DNA from: Candidatus Iainarchaeum sp.
GTDB taxonomy: Archaea > Iainarchaeota > Iainarchaeia > Iainarchaeales > JAAZKV01
DNA: 64,000 nt
Assembly: GCA_026397015.1 (NCBI GenBank)
Contig: JAPLVR010000003.1
Coordinates: forward strand, 192,001 to 256,000
Direction of reading: 5' to 3'
The number at the start of each line of letters is the position of its first letter. Within the stretch, counting starts at the first letter, position 1. The notes under the pieces were generated by a model. It was not told the DNA's origin. It did no database searches and worked only from the letters and a program-made list of their open reading frames with translations. A program made the position numbers and the translations under genes. Shown here in pieces: positions 17,850 to 27,742 of this stretch.

Positions 17850-18078
17850 AAAAATCTCTCTTTCCCTATTATGCGCTTCCCCCTTTTAAAAGGTTTCTTG
17901 TTTGGATACTGAAACAAAAAATACATCCAAAAAGGGTTTTCTTGCGTAAAAAAAGGCGGAAAAACTGAAAAAATTACAAACCAAAGAAATGCCAAAAATT
18001 GCATGCCAAAAAAAGAGAACTGAAAAAACCGTGCGCCAAAGAAATACAAATAAAAGGGAGTTAGGGCATAATTAATCA

Positions 18079-18660
18079 ATGAGGAAAGCCCCCAAAAAAA
18101 CAAATCCTGTTCAAAAAAAACCTTCGCAGAAAAAGCCCCGGGTTTTATCTTATGAAGAGGCCTGGGGCGGTTTTATGCCCGAAGTGGAAGAGGCACTCAT
18201 CAAGGAAAGATTGGCAAAAATGGCCCGAATTGAAAAGAGATTTGAAAGGGCTATGCCCTCCAAGGAAAGAAGCGTTTACTGGATTTATGCAAAAAGAAAA
18301 AAAGGAAATTATCCCGCGCATACCGAACGCGGCGGAAAGTGGCTGGTTTTCGTTGACGAACCTTACATTGATGCTGTTTGGAAAAAAATAAAAAAGGCGA
18401 CGGCGGACGGGCGCCTCGGTGGCTACACAAAAGTTTCAACGGCAAAACCCCTTTCGGAGGAAATGGCGAAGCGTACCGGCATGGCGGACAAGCATGTGAG
18501 AGTGGTATGTGTTTACACATATGACTATCAGGACAAAGTGGATTCCATGCGAATAAGGGAAGAACTAAGGAAGATGGGGATAATCAAAAAAATACCTTAC
18601 AAGCCCGATTATGCTGCCGGAAAATACGGCGTCGAAACTGTTGTAGAATACGAGGCTTGA
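18079..18660 (+). CDS. DUF1917/Bles03-like (eIF4E-like fold) protein with basic N-terminus
   Basis: GGKWLVF, W..I..AT..G.LG..KVST, VCVYTYD, YKPD. Confidence 0.8.
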   Translation: MRKAPKKTNPVQKKPSQKKPRVLSYEEAWGGFMPEVEEALIKERLAKMARIEKRFERAMPSKERSVYWIYAKRKKGNYPAHTERGGKWLVFVDEPYIDAVWKKIKKATADGRLGGYTKVSTAKPLSEEMAKRTGMADKHVRVVCVYTYDYQDKVDSMRIREELRKMGIIKKIPYKPDYAAGKYGVETVVEYEA

Positions 18661-18865
18661 CAGCAAAAGTTGGCGGCGCAATTTTGAGGGATTTTTCCGT
18701 TCTCCCGCCTGCAGAAAAATATAAATAAAAGGGCTTCTCTGGCCCCTTATTGTATAAACGCGAAAGTAAGGGTGATAAAATTGTACAAGAACAGAAAAAG
18801 AAAAAACAGAAAAAGGCTTATGAAAAGCAGAAGAAAGTAAGGCGCAAAAAAGACGACAAAAAATA

Positions 18866-19450
18866 ATGGTTTTTATGCAGCCGCGGGACAGAACAAGCAG
18901 TCTGATTGGCCAGATGTTTTCCGAGTGCCACAACAGACTCGGAAGAAGCGAAGACCCCGTAAATTATGCCGGCATAATGGAATCTGTCAACTCCTCGATA
19001 ACGGAGCTGCAAAAAGTACTTCCCGAAATCGGAAAAGACGAAAGGAAGCTCGTGCTTTTTGAAGCAGCAAAACAGTTAGATTTGTTGAGGGCTAGGTTCA
19101 GGGAATCAAAAAAAGCTGAAATGACCGAACACAAAAAAGGGTTCGTTACTTTTCTGAATGAAAGGATGGTAATGATTATTGCACTCCTGCTAAAGGAAGA
19201 AAAGGACTGGCAGCTGGTGAAAAGGATTGACCAGATGATTACGCCGATTTACTATTTTGAAAGGGAAAAAGTATCGGACGCAATGAACTCAAAAGTTCCG
19301 TGGACGCCGGTTGCAACAATCGACCAGGAATATGCGGTTGAAATTTTTAGCAAACGGTTTGAAAGCGTGCTTAACAGGAATCCCGAACTCAGGGAGCAGA
19401 TGGAAGAATACAAAAAATTTTTGGAGCAGAGTGCCCCAAAAATCGAATAA
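18866..19450 (+). CDS. Hypothetical helical protein
   Basis: 194-aa ORF with host-like codon usage; no recognised motif. Confidence 0.65.
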   Translation: MVFMQPRDRTSSLIGQMFSECHNRLGRSEDPVNYAGIMESVNSSITELQKVLPEIGKDERKLVLFEAAKQLDLLRARFRESKKAEMTEHKKGFVTFLNERMVMIIALLLKEEKDWQLVKRIDQMITPIYYFEREKVSDAMNSKVPWTPVATIDQEYAVEIFSKRFESVLNRNPELREQMEEYKKFLEQSAPKIE

Positions 19451-19511
19451 AAAAATTTCAAACGAAACTCGAATAAAAAAATTTTAAGAATTGAAAACCC
19501 GGTTTGCAATG

Positions 19512-19883
19512 TTAAGAATAAATTATTTTTTTCAAATCAATTTTTCTTATTCCTATTTCGAGGAAGCCGTCCGCACGCCCCTTGACAAGTTCACCGCTCA
19601 ATATCGAGCCGTCGGCTGCGCTCGCCAGAACATTCATCTTTATGATGAGTTCTTTTCCTTTCCTCTCAACAGTTCCATTGGCCGTTTCAAGTTTGAATCT
19701 CCTGTCGCGCGCATGATTCGTTACAGAACCTATTTTTCCATGGGAACTCACTTCAAAGTCGCGCATTCCGCCGTTAGAACTCACTATTAACCCATATTTT
19801 ATGTCATTTTCTTTCGTGAAGGCATCTAAACATTTGCAAATATCCTCTCCGTCATCCAAAGACATAGTTATAACCCCTGCCAT
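19512..19883 (-). CDS. PPC/DUF296 domain protein
   Basis: LDDGEDI...GG...E..NGTV...GEL pattern; GGTGGTGA RBS. Confidence 0.7.
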   Translation of the reverse strand: MAGVITMSLDDGEDICKCLDAFTKENDIKYGLIVSSNGGMRDFEVSSHGKIGSVTNHARDRRFKLETANGTVERKGKELIIKMNVLASAADGSILSGELVKGRADGFLEIGIRKIDLKKIIYS

Positions 19884-20185
19884 TTTTTCACCACCATAAA
19901 AAAAGACGATAACTCAAAAAAATTATGAAAATTACCGTTCTTTTATCACTCCGATTCAGCACTATATACCCTTTATCGGGAATATAAACCTAATCATTCA
20001 ACCGGCCTGCTGATTTTACCATAATTTTCAATTATTTTATTTTTTTTTGCGGTGTTTTTTGAAAATATTTAAAAAAAATAAAAAAACATTTTCGTCAAAC
20101 AACGTAAACAGACAATTTAAATACAACCTCTGACATAACAATAGCGATTGGTACAAACATCAAATTAAAAGATTAACAAAGCAGG

Positions 20186-23100
20186 ATGATCAATTTGGAA
20201 TTTTTCAAAAAAAATCTGATCTGTTTCGCAGTTCTATTTTTCGCTTCGATTATTCCGGGCGTTTGCGGTGCCGCAGTGCAAATTGACATAAACGGGCAGT
20301 ATTATCTCGGCGGAGCGGTGACAATATCCGGAACAGTTGCTCCGGCGGCTGCAAATGATTTGAATATTTATCTTACCAACGCGTCAAGCGGCGCGGTATT
20401 TGACAGCAACACTGTGGCTGCCGATGCAAACGGGGCGTATTCCATAACATACAATTATTTGAGCGCTGGCGACTATAACGGGCTGGTAACAGATGCAAAT
20501 TCAAGCGCGACCAATAGATTTTACCTAAAAATAACCAATTATGCAAGCATAGACATCAATTTTGTTGGAAGTATGCCGCCTTTAAATATCGGCCAGGCAT
20601 TGGTTGCGAATTTTACTTTGAGGGATTATAATAATGCAGTGGTAACAAGTGATTACAACATCGCATTAAAACTTGTTGATTCGGATGGAACCGTTGTCAA
20701 GGATCAAAACAACTATGTTCCAAAATCAGGCGGGGCAAACAGAACTGATGATTATAACTTCGGCGCTCTTCCCACTCCAGGAACATATACAATAATAGTG
20801 GACAACGGAGTAACTGGGTTTAATGTTCCAGTGATAGCGTACAACTTATTTGTTAATTCGTTCAATTCCAGCACCGGCGACCCCCAAAAGATATTTGCCG
20901 CGGGACAGGACGCGAATGTAAAGGTGTTCATGAGCAACACAAGCGGAACCCCGATAACAAGCGGAACTATTTCAGGAACAATACAAGCGCCAAGTAGCGT
21001 TACACAATCCCCACTAACTTTCACCCCATACGGCGGCTATTTCATGGCGAATACGGGCGCATTAAGCACGCAAGGAGAATATACAATAAGAGTTAGTGCG
21101 AGCGCACTCGGTTACAGCCAAAACCAGGAATTAAAACTTAAAATCCAAAGCTACTCGATGTTATTGCAGCCGAAAAAGAATGAAAGCGCCGGAAAGAAAG
21201 AGAGGATGAAGGGAGCATACAGCACTTCTTCGCAGGCGATTCTTGAACTGAGCATAACCGACTTGAACACAAACATGGCTCTCGCAGGATTGGATTTGAA
21301 TAGCGCCTGCAATAAAAACAAATTATCGCTTACTGTTTACAAGGCGGGTTCGACTGTTGGAACAAGCGTTACTTTCGATGTGAATAATGTGCCGGATAAG
21401 ACATGCGATTTGAATTTTGTTACGCCTTCATCAACAGGAGAATATCGTTACAAACTGGTCGGCACGGACATGAATGTGGCAAATACTGTGCAGGATTTGG
21501 CAACATCAACCGGATTGAAAGTGCAGAATCAGATGGTGTTCTTCGACGCGGTTGATCCATCTGCATATGCGCAGGATTCGAGCAATTCGTGGAAATTCAC
21601 TTTCTACAAAGATGAAAACATCGGGTTTGTTGCAAATGTAATTGATTTGAATGTGAGTGATGATGCGGATGTTTCTGCAGTAAGTAAGGCAACAATAATG
21701 CAGAACGGCCAGCGCATAACAATAACCAACACTGTTGATAAAAATTATCTTGATTATAACGCGGAGTCGCATGTGCTGTTAATGCTCGGAAGCGCACTCA
21801 CTGATAATAATGTTTCCGCAGGGTTCGTTCCGATAGAATTCACGGTAGATGTAAATTCAAATAATGACGCGATGGATGCGAATAGCATTACTGCATTCGG
21901 CGCGTTCAAATACAAAATAATGAATATTTCTTCGATGCCGGCGGATGAAAACGGCGGCTCAAAATCAACAATGTTCGGACCGCCGGTATTCCACTCAGAT
22001 ACCGAAGGAGTTTACCTTCAGGTTTCGGTTACGAATGCGGGCGGAACTGCGATAAAATATGCCAATGTTGAGCTTTACTCTCTTAGAAATGTAGATGACT
22101 GGAATGAACTGAGCGTTGCCCCGATAAACGCGATTTCGGATAACAATAATCTTATTACGAGCAGCGCCGGAACGGCACATCTTCACTTGGGCACACTCTC
22201 TTCAGGGATTTACTTCGGGCAGGTGAAAGTAACAAACGGAAGCACGATTGATTATGGGGATTTCTTTTTGATGGTGAAAAGTTACATTGTTAATGCACAG
22301 CCATTGACAGTGGAAAACGGCCAGTGCATGTTCATGAATTCAATCGGACAGAACAGCGATTTCAACATGGTGATAATGGCGATGAACCCTGCGCTGGGAA
22401 TGCCTGTTAATGATTATGTTCCGGATGAAAACGGCACGAAAGTGTTCCTCATGAGCATGGGGGAAGAATTCAAGGAACCGACAATATACGATGTTACTTT
22501 GAGCAGCCCGTTTGATTTCAATTGTACGGGAATGATGGGTCCTCCGGGCGAAGTGCAGACATTCAAAGCAATGACAGTTCACCCGAACGGCGATTCTAAC
22601 TGGCAGGCGGGAAATTACAGGGTGCTTGTGAAAGGAAGTTCTGCTGAGCTTGGAGCGGAAGCCGGAGACGGCTTTTTCAGGGTGCAACCATTTAAATTCA
22701 GTTTAATGCCGTTGGCAATGACGGGCATGGGCGGCGGAGACCAAAAGATGCTTAATGCGACACCGGGTTCGGCTTTTGATTTCAATGTCATATCGGACAA
22801 GAGCATTACTCTGAGAGCAATTCTTGTTGATGAAAAAACACAGCAGGATGTTAACAGCAATATTAATTTTGTTAACAACAGCAACACAGTCAATGCAAAT
22901 GAACTCACAACCGTTTCGGTTCTTATCCCGTCAAATATCCCTTTATCTGAATACCCGCTGATAGTTTTCGGTGATGACACTTCGGGCAACCAGGCGGAGC
23001 AGGATTTATTCCTAAGAATGAGCCTTTTCAATTTGGTTGTGCCAAGCGGTATTGGAAATCAAAATCTGCAGTATCAGCAAAGCAATACGGGGGCATATGA

Positions 23101-24709
23101 CACAAACATTTTGGATGATGCTACAAATGGAAACCTGCGCCATTCAAGCGGCCCTGGCGACAGCGGGCATTATTGTGATGGAAATGTTACTGTCGGCGAC
23201 ATCAACTATAACAGATGGATTATGGCCGGCACGGATTGGGCCAGAAATGATTTGAATCATTTAATGCTTGTTAACACAATCGATCAAAATGTTTGGATTG
23301 ATTATGACAATGACTGCAATTTTGTTCTGGATGATGCGGACAGCAACAGACATGTTGGGGATACAAACATAGGGTCAATGACTGATGGAAACGCCATGCT
23401 CGTAACGGACATCACCTCAATGGCATTAACATACATGAAAAAGCCGTTTGATTTTAATAATTCAAGCAGGATGCAGGGAACTTTTATCGGGCAATATCCT
23501 GTTGATGAAAATATAGGCGTGCCGATAATAATTAAGAATTTGGACGGCACCACTACTGCGGATATTAACGTAACAATAAACAGGGCGATGCTACTGCCTT
23601 CCTTTGGAATGGGAATGCCACAGGAAACAACCGGGTGGACGGCGTGGCAGGGCACAACCGACGCCGACGGCTTTGCAAGGGCAATCTTGAATGTGTCAAG
23701 ACCCGGAACGTACATGCTTGAAATAAAAGCGACCAATACTGCGGGAACGTCACAAATATTCAAGCCGTGGGAAGGAATGGTAGTTGAAGCGAAGAAGTAC
23801 AAAACTGAAATGTTCCTGCAGAACCAAATAGGAGATATTACAATTGATTTCAACAATGTGCTGGCTGGGAGCGGCGTATTTATTGAAGATGACGAAAGCA
23901 GCGGTCCCGGAGATAATGGCGACGGTTTAGACCAGACATGGTACGATGCAAATTACGGGCTGTTTGATGAAAGCGCAAGAGACTTTGATTTGGATAAGGA
24001 TGGCGCCAAAGACAAAAACTTTTATTTCATAAAACTGAACGATGCGTTCCACACGGCCAATTCTGGAATGGACGCAAATATTCTGGTTGACGATGACACT
24101 AATTTTTGCAACATACTGTACAGAGGGCCAGACAACAATAGAGATGATTGCGACCAAAATGTTTTGGGCGAAGTCGGATTGAATGAAGGCTGGTTTGACA
24201 ACACAAGCGGGCTCTTCCTGTGCCCGTACAGCAACGCCCAAGGTTCAATGCAAAACACTTCATGCGGAAACAATGAAGCGGTTTATGCGATTTCAGAGAA
24301 CGACACAAATGTCAATGATAATGATGCGATAATAATCAACAGAACCACCTGGAGGGCGCTTGATAATACAGGAAACAATTGGGGGTTATGGATGATAAAG
24401 GACGGCATAAACAATGCCGCAGGTTCAAGCACAAACACATGGACTATATTCAAAGATCTTCAGGGAGTAAAACTTAATTCTTCAGGCACGATGAGCGCAA
24501 AGCTTTTCAGGACAAGCGCCAGGCCACAGATGAACCAGCAAAATACGATGATTCCTATGCCAGGAACGTATCCGGGAACGATAACCGGCGGCATAGGAAA
24601 AATTAATTACGGCAATCTGCCGGATTCAAATTATTCAATGGCGGTCGATGTAAACATCAATAATGATTTGCAAACGCAATACGAAAACTTTGAAATAAGG
24701 TCGTCATAA
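20186..24709 (+). CDS. Giant secreted beta-rich surface protein with pervasive D-x-N motifs
   Basis: Signal peptide; Ig-like G.Y.I.V strands; Asn/Asp/Thr-rich. Confidence 0.85.
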   Translation: MINLEFFKKNLICFAVLFFASIIPGVCGAAVQIDINGQYYLGGAVTISGTVAPAAANDLNIYLTNASSGAVFDSNTVAADANGAYSITYNYLSAGDYNGLVTDANSSATNRFYLKITNYASIDINFVGSMPPLNIGQALVANFTLRDYNNAVVTSDYNIALKLVDSDGTVVKDQNNYVPKSGGANRTDDYNFGALPTPGTYTIIVDNGVTGFNVPVIAYNLFVNSFNSSTGDPQKIFAAGQDANVKVFMSNTSGTPITSGTISGTIQAPSSVTQSPLTFTPYGGYFMANTGALSTQGEYTIRVSASALGYSQNQELKLKIQSYSMLLQPKKNESAGKKERMKGAYSTSSQAILELSITDLNTNMALAGLDLNSACNKNKLSLTVYKAGSTVGTSVTFDVNNVPDKTCDLNFVTPSSTGEYRYKLVGTDMNVANTVQDLATSTGLKVQNQMVFFDAVDPSAYAQDSSNSWKFTFYKDENIGFVANVIDLNVSDDADVSAVSKATIMQNGQRITITNTVDKNYLDYNAESHVLLMLGSALTDNNVSAGFVPIEFTVDVNSNNDAMDANSITAFGAFKYKIMNISSMPADENGGSKSTMFGPPVFHSDTEGVYLQVSVTNAGGTAIKYANVELYSLRNVDDWNELSVAPINAISDNNNLITSSAGTAHLHLGTLSSGIYFGQVKVTNGSTIDYGDFFLMVKSYIVNAQPLTVENGQCMFMNSIGQNSDFNMVIMAMNPALGMPVNDYVPDENGTKVFLMSMGEEFKEPTIYDVTLSSPFDFNCTGMMGPPGEVQTFKAMTVHPNGDSNWQAGNYRVLVKGSSAELGAEAGDGFFRVQPFKFSLMPLAMTGMGGGDQKMLNATPGSAFDFNVISDKSITLRAILVDEKTQQDVNSNINFVNNSNTVNANELTTVSVLIPSNIPLSEYPLIVFGDDTSGNQAEQDLFLRMSLFNLVVPSGIGNQNLQYQQSNTGAYDTNILDDATNGNLRHSSGPGDSGHYCDGNVTVGDINYNRWIMAGTDWARNDLNHLMLVNTIDQNVWIDYDNDCNFVLDDADSNRHVGDTNIGSMTDGNAMLVTDITSMALTYMKKPFDFNNSSRMQGTFIGQYPVDENIGVPIIIKNLDGTTTADINVTINRAMLLPSFGMGMPQETTGWTAWQGTTDADGFARAILNVSRPGTYMLEIKATNTAGTSQIFKPWEGMVVEAKKYKTEMFLQNQIGDITIDFNNVLAGSGVFIEDDESSGPGDNGDGLDQTWYDANYGLFDESARDFDLDKDGAKDKNFYFIKLNDAFHTANSGMDANILVDDDTNFCNILYRGPDNNRDDCDQNVLGEVGLNEGWFDNTSGLFLCPYSNAQGSMQNTSCGNNEAVYAISENDTNVNDNDAIIINRTTWRALDNTGNNWGLWMIKDGINNAAGSSTNTWTIFKDLQGVKLNSSGTMSAKLFRTSARPQMNQQNTMIPMPGTYPGTITGGIGKINYGNLPDSNYSMAVDVNINNDLQTQYENFEIRSS

Positions 24710-24741
24710 AATAAGTTTGAAGTTATGAAAACGGTGGAAAG

Positions 24742-26253
24742 ATGAAAAGGATTTTGGCAGTTTTAATAATGCTTGTTGCGATGGTCGGCTTTGCGGCTGC
24801 AGCGAGCGTTTCTCTCTCGCTAAATTCGCTGGAAACGATTGCGGAAGGCGAAACAGTCACGCTGACCGCCACTGTCACCGCCGTCGGGGATTCTGTGGGC
24901 AATGTTTCACTTCAATTGGGCGACCTGTCGCCGGGCGTAAGCACTTCAGACTCATCAACTCAATCCGTTGGGACATTGAGTTCCGGGCAAAGTTCTTCGA
25001 AGAGTTGGACAATTAGGGGGGATGTCGCAGGAACTTATTCTTTTAACGTCACGGCGTCCGGCACGGATGTAAGCGATGTGTTTCAGAATGCTTCAATGGT
25101 TGTGAACACCGCTGCATTTATCGAAATAAGCGACAAGACCTGCAGTGAAACGACGATGGATATCGGAGAAACAATAACAATGAATTTTATTGTAAAAAAC
25201 ACCGGTGGAAGTTCTGCAACTGTAACGACGACAATGAGCGGTTATTCAAGCAGATTTACTCTCACATCCGGAAGCGTAACTTCAAGCGCGGAGATAACGG
25301 CCGGTTCACAAAGCAGCAAATCTTATTTGTTCACGGCGGCAAGCGCCGGAACGGCAACAATAACCGCCACGGTAACTTCCACAGAAAATAATCCGACGGC
25401 ACAAACTTGCGCCGTAACAATAAACGCCGCTTTAGATACGAGCGACGACGATTCAGAAACTGTCAGCGGAGTCCCCGCAGGGGATATAATACTCAGCAGG
25501 GTGCTTGATCAAAATCCAAGTGTGGAAGAAATAACTGCAATCTTAAGTTCTGCCGGTTTAACGCAGGAATCGATTGACAGAGCAGTAAGCCTGCTTGAAA
25601 AAATCGGCGTAAAAAAAGAAGTAATTGTTCGTAAAAGAACGTTGACTAACGGCACCACAGCTTACACTACCACAATAACATTCACAATAAAAAATAAAGA
25701 CGGCACAAATCTTTTGAAAAATGTCAAAGTAATTTTGGAAATTCCGAAAACGGTTGCGGAAAATGCTTCCGAACTTGTGATTCCTTCAAATGAAAATTAC
25801 ACCATAATAAAGGCCGACCCAATACTTGAATTTGAAATTGCGGAAATAGCGCCAAACGGCACTGGAAAAGTTGACATCGACATAAATAAGCAGATAAGCG
25901 GCGCGTTGGCGGATTCAATATTACAAGCAGTAGTTGCCGATTTCGAAGAGGCCGCTGATTTGTGCGTCGGAAAAAACTGTGATGATGAAAATCCCTGTAC
26001 GACTGATGCATGCAGTGGGGGCAATTGCTCAAATACCAGCGTCACTAATGGAACTGTGTGCGGCGAGGGAAAAAGTTGTAAGGCAGGGGCATGTGTTTTA
26101 ATCGCTGCTGAAGAAAATCAAGAAGGAGAGCAAACTCCTGAGCAGAAGGCGGCACAGGACCAGACCAATTTACTACTCATAATCGGCGCAGTAGTTGCAC
26201 TAATACTTATCATCGCAATAATTGGGGCAATTGTACTCAAAAAAAGAAAGTAA
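24742..26253 (+). CDS. Membrane-anchored surface protein (Ig-like domains, CDD.NPCT.D.C motif, C-terminal TM and KKRK tail)
   Basis: Signal peptide, Ser/Thr-rich beta domains, terminal TM helix. Confidence 0.8.
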   Translation: MKRILAVLIMLVAMVGFAAAASVSLSLNSLETIAEGETVTLTATVTAVGDSVGNVSLQLGDLSPGVSTSDSSTQSVGTLSSGQSSSKSWTIRGDVAGTYSFNVTASGTDVSDVFQNASMVVNTAAFIEISDKTCSETTMDIGETITMNFIVKNTGGSSATVTTTMSGYSSRFTLTSGSVTSSAEITAGSQSSKSYLFTAASAGTATITATVTSTENNPTAQTCAVTINAALDTSDDDSETVSGVPAGDIILSRVLDQNPSVEEITAILSSAGLTQESIDRAVSLLEKIGVKKEVIVRKRTLTNGTTAYTTTITFTIKNKDGTNLLKNVKVILEIPKTVAENASELVIPSNENYTIIKADPILEFEIAEIAPNGTGKVDIDINKQISGALADSILQAVVADFEEAADLCVGKNCDDENPCTTDACSGGNCSNTSVTNGTVCGEGKSCKAGACVLIAAEENQEGEQTPEQKAAQDQTNLLLIIGAVVALILIIAIIGAIVLKKRK

Positions 26254-26304
26254 ACCGAAAAAAATCCAAAATCAGCCCCCGTTACCGAATAAAATGACCC
26301 GAAC

Positions 26305-26889
26305 TTATTCTTGTTCCTCAGTTGCCAATATAGCTCCATACCTGAAAACTCTCATTCCAAGTCTGACCCATTCGTCAGGGGCAAGGCCTGCTTTGAGACA
26401 GAGGTGCGAAAGAAATTCCTCTTTTGTTTCAATTTCTTCCCAGACACTTGGAAGGAATGTCGCGCTGCGGAAGCCTTTCCGGATTATCAAACCGTCTTTT
26501 CCTGCAACAATTTTTTTCAGCAAATCGGCGGGAGAAGAAAATTTCATTTCAACAGCATCTGTGAGAACTGAAACCTCGATTTTCAAATCGGAAAGTTCAT
26601 TTTTTGAGAGAGGGTTGAAACGCGAATCCTGAAATGCGGCGTTAACTGCATTTTCTATAATGTCAAGGTAAAGGGGCTGCATCGCGTCAAGGTGGCCGAT
26701 ACACCCTCTCAGCTCGCTCCCATTTGTCAAGGTAACAAAGCAGGCCTTTTCTTCCAACAAGTTTTTTGGAACCACTTTTTCGGAAAGTTTTAGAAGCGCG
26801 CCGCCGCTAAAAAAATATTCTATTGATTTGCGCGCAAGCGAAACACAGAACTTTTTTTCTTTTTCATTCAAGGAAAATTTTGAACCCAT
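26305..26889 (-). CDS. amrA: AmmeMemoRadiSam protein A (AMMECR1)
   Basis: FVTL...LRGCIG, DSRF.P, ATFLPSVW, LCLKAG. Confidence 0.93.
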   Translation of the reverse strand: MGSKFSLNEKEKKFCVSLARKSIEYFFSGGALLKLSEKVVPKNLLEEKACFVTLTNGSELRGCIGHLDAMQPLYLDIIENAVNAAFQDSRFNPLSKNELSDLKIEVSVLTDAVEMKFSSPADLLKKIVAGKDGLIIRKGFRSATFLPSVWEEIETKEEFLSHLCLKAGLAPDEWVRLGMRVFRYGAILATEEQE

Positions 26890-26951
26890 TATTTCACCCT
26901 CAACACAAAATTACCACGCAAAATTATTTATTATTGCCCCTTACTTCCCCC

Positions 26952-27710
26952 CTATTCCACAAAAACAATCGAAGCGTAGCCGACCACTTTGCTTTTGTCT
27001 CCGGCGGTATCGCCCGAATTTTTGTACTCAACCAAAACCGGTTTCCACTTAAATTTTTTTGCAATAATCATCAATGCGGCGATTCCGGTTTTGCCGCAGG
27101 CGTCGCCCGAAAGCAGAAATTTTTTCAAATCGAGAGAAATAATCGCAGCGATTGTTGCGTTATCAATTCTGTTTGCGTCGTCATAACGAAGATAATGACT
27201 TAAGTCGGAGCTTGCAACCAGCACGGAATCTTTTGAAACAAGCGGCTTAATTTTTTCAGCCAGTTCTTCGGCGGAAATTTCGCCGTAAATTAATGGCACG
27301 AGAACAAATTGTTTGAAAATTTTCTGGAGAAAAGGCACTTGAACTTCTAAGGAATGCTCCACATCGCCCCGAATTGCATCAATGCCCGGCGCCTTTTCTA
27401 CTTTCACTAATCCTAATGGTGTTTCCCAATTCTGGTCAAACGAATATGCACCTTCAAAATACGCCTGATGAGAAGGACCGAACAGCACAACTTTCTTTGC
27501 TCTTGACCTTTTTAGCAAAACATATGCGGGGGAGGCAACGGATGCGGAATACACATAACCTGCATGGGGAACTATTGCGCCGCGGATTTTTCCTGAAATT
27601 TTTTCAGAAATTGTTTTGCTTTCAAAAAGCAATTTGTCAATAAGTTCTGAAAGTTCGTCCTTATCGGCGGGATAAAATTGGCCGGCATAAACCGGCTCTC
27701 TTATATTCAC
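26952..27710 (-). CDS. amrB: AmmeMemoRadiSam protein B (MEMO1)
   Basis: AGQFYP, VPHAGYVYS, GPSH, EHSLEVQVPFLQ, SSDLSHY, VGYAS. Confidence 0.93.
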   Translation of the reverse strand: MNIREPVYAGQFYPADKDELSELIDKLLFESKTISEKISGKIRGAIVPHAGYVYSASVASPAYVLLKRSRAKKVVLFGPSHQAYFEGAYSFDQNWETPLGLVKVEKAPGIDAIRGDVEHSLEVQVPFLQKIFKQFVLVPLIYGEISAEELAEKIKPLVSKDSVLVASSDLSHYLRYDDANRIDNATIAAIISLDLKKFLLSGDACGKTGIAALMIIAKKFKWKPVLVEYKNSGDTAGDKSKVVGYASIVFVE

Positions 27711-27742
27711 TCACACGCCCCCTGTTTTTTCTTTTTCAACTT

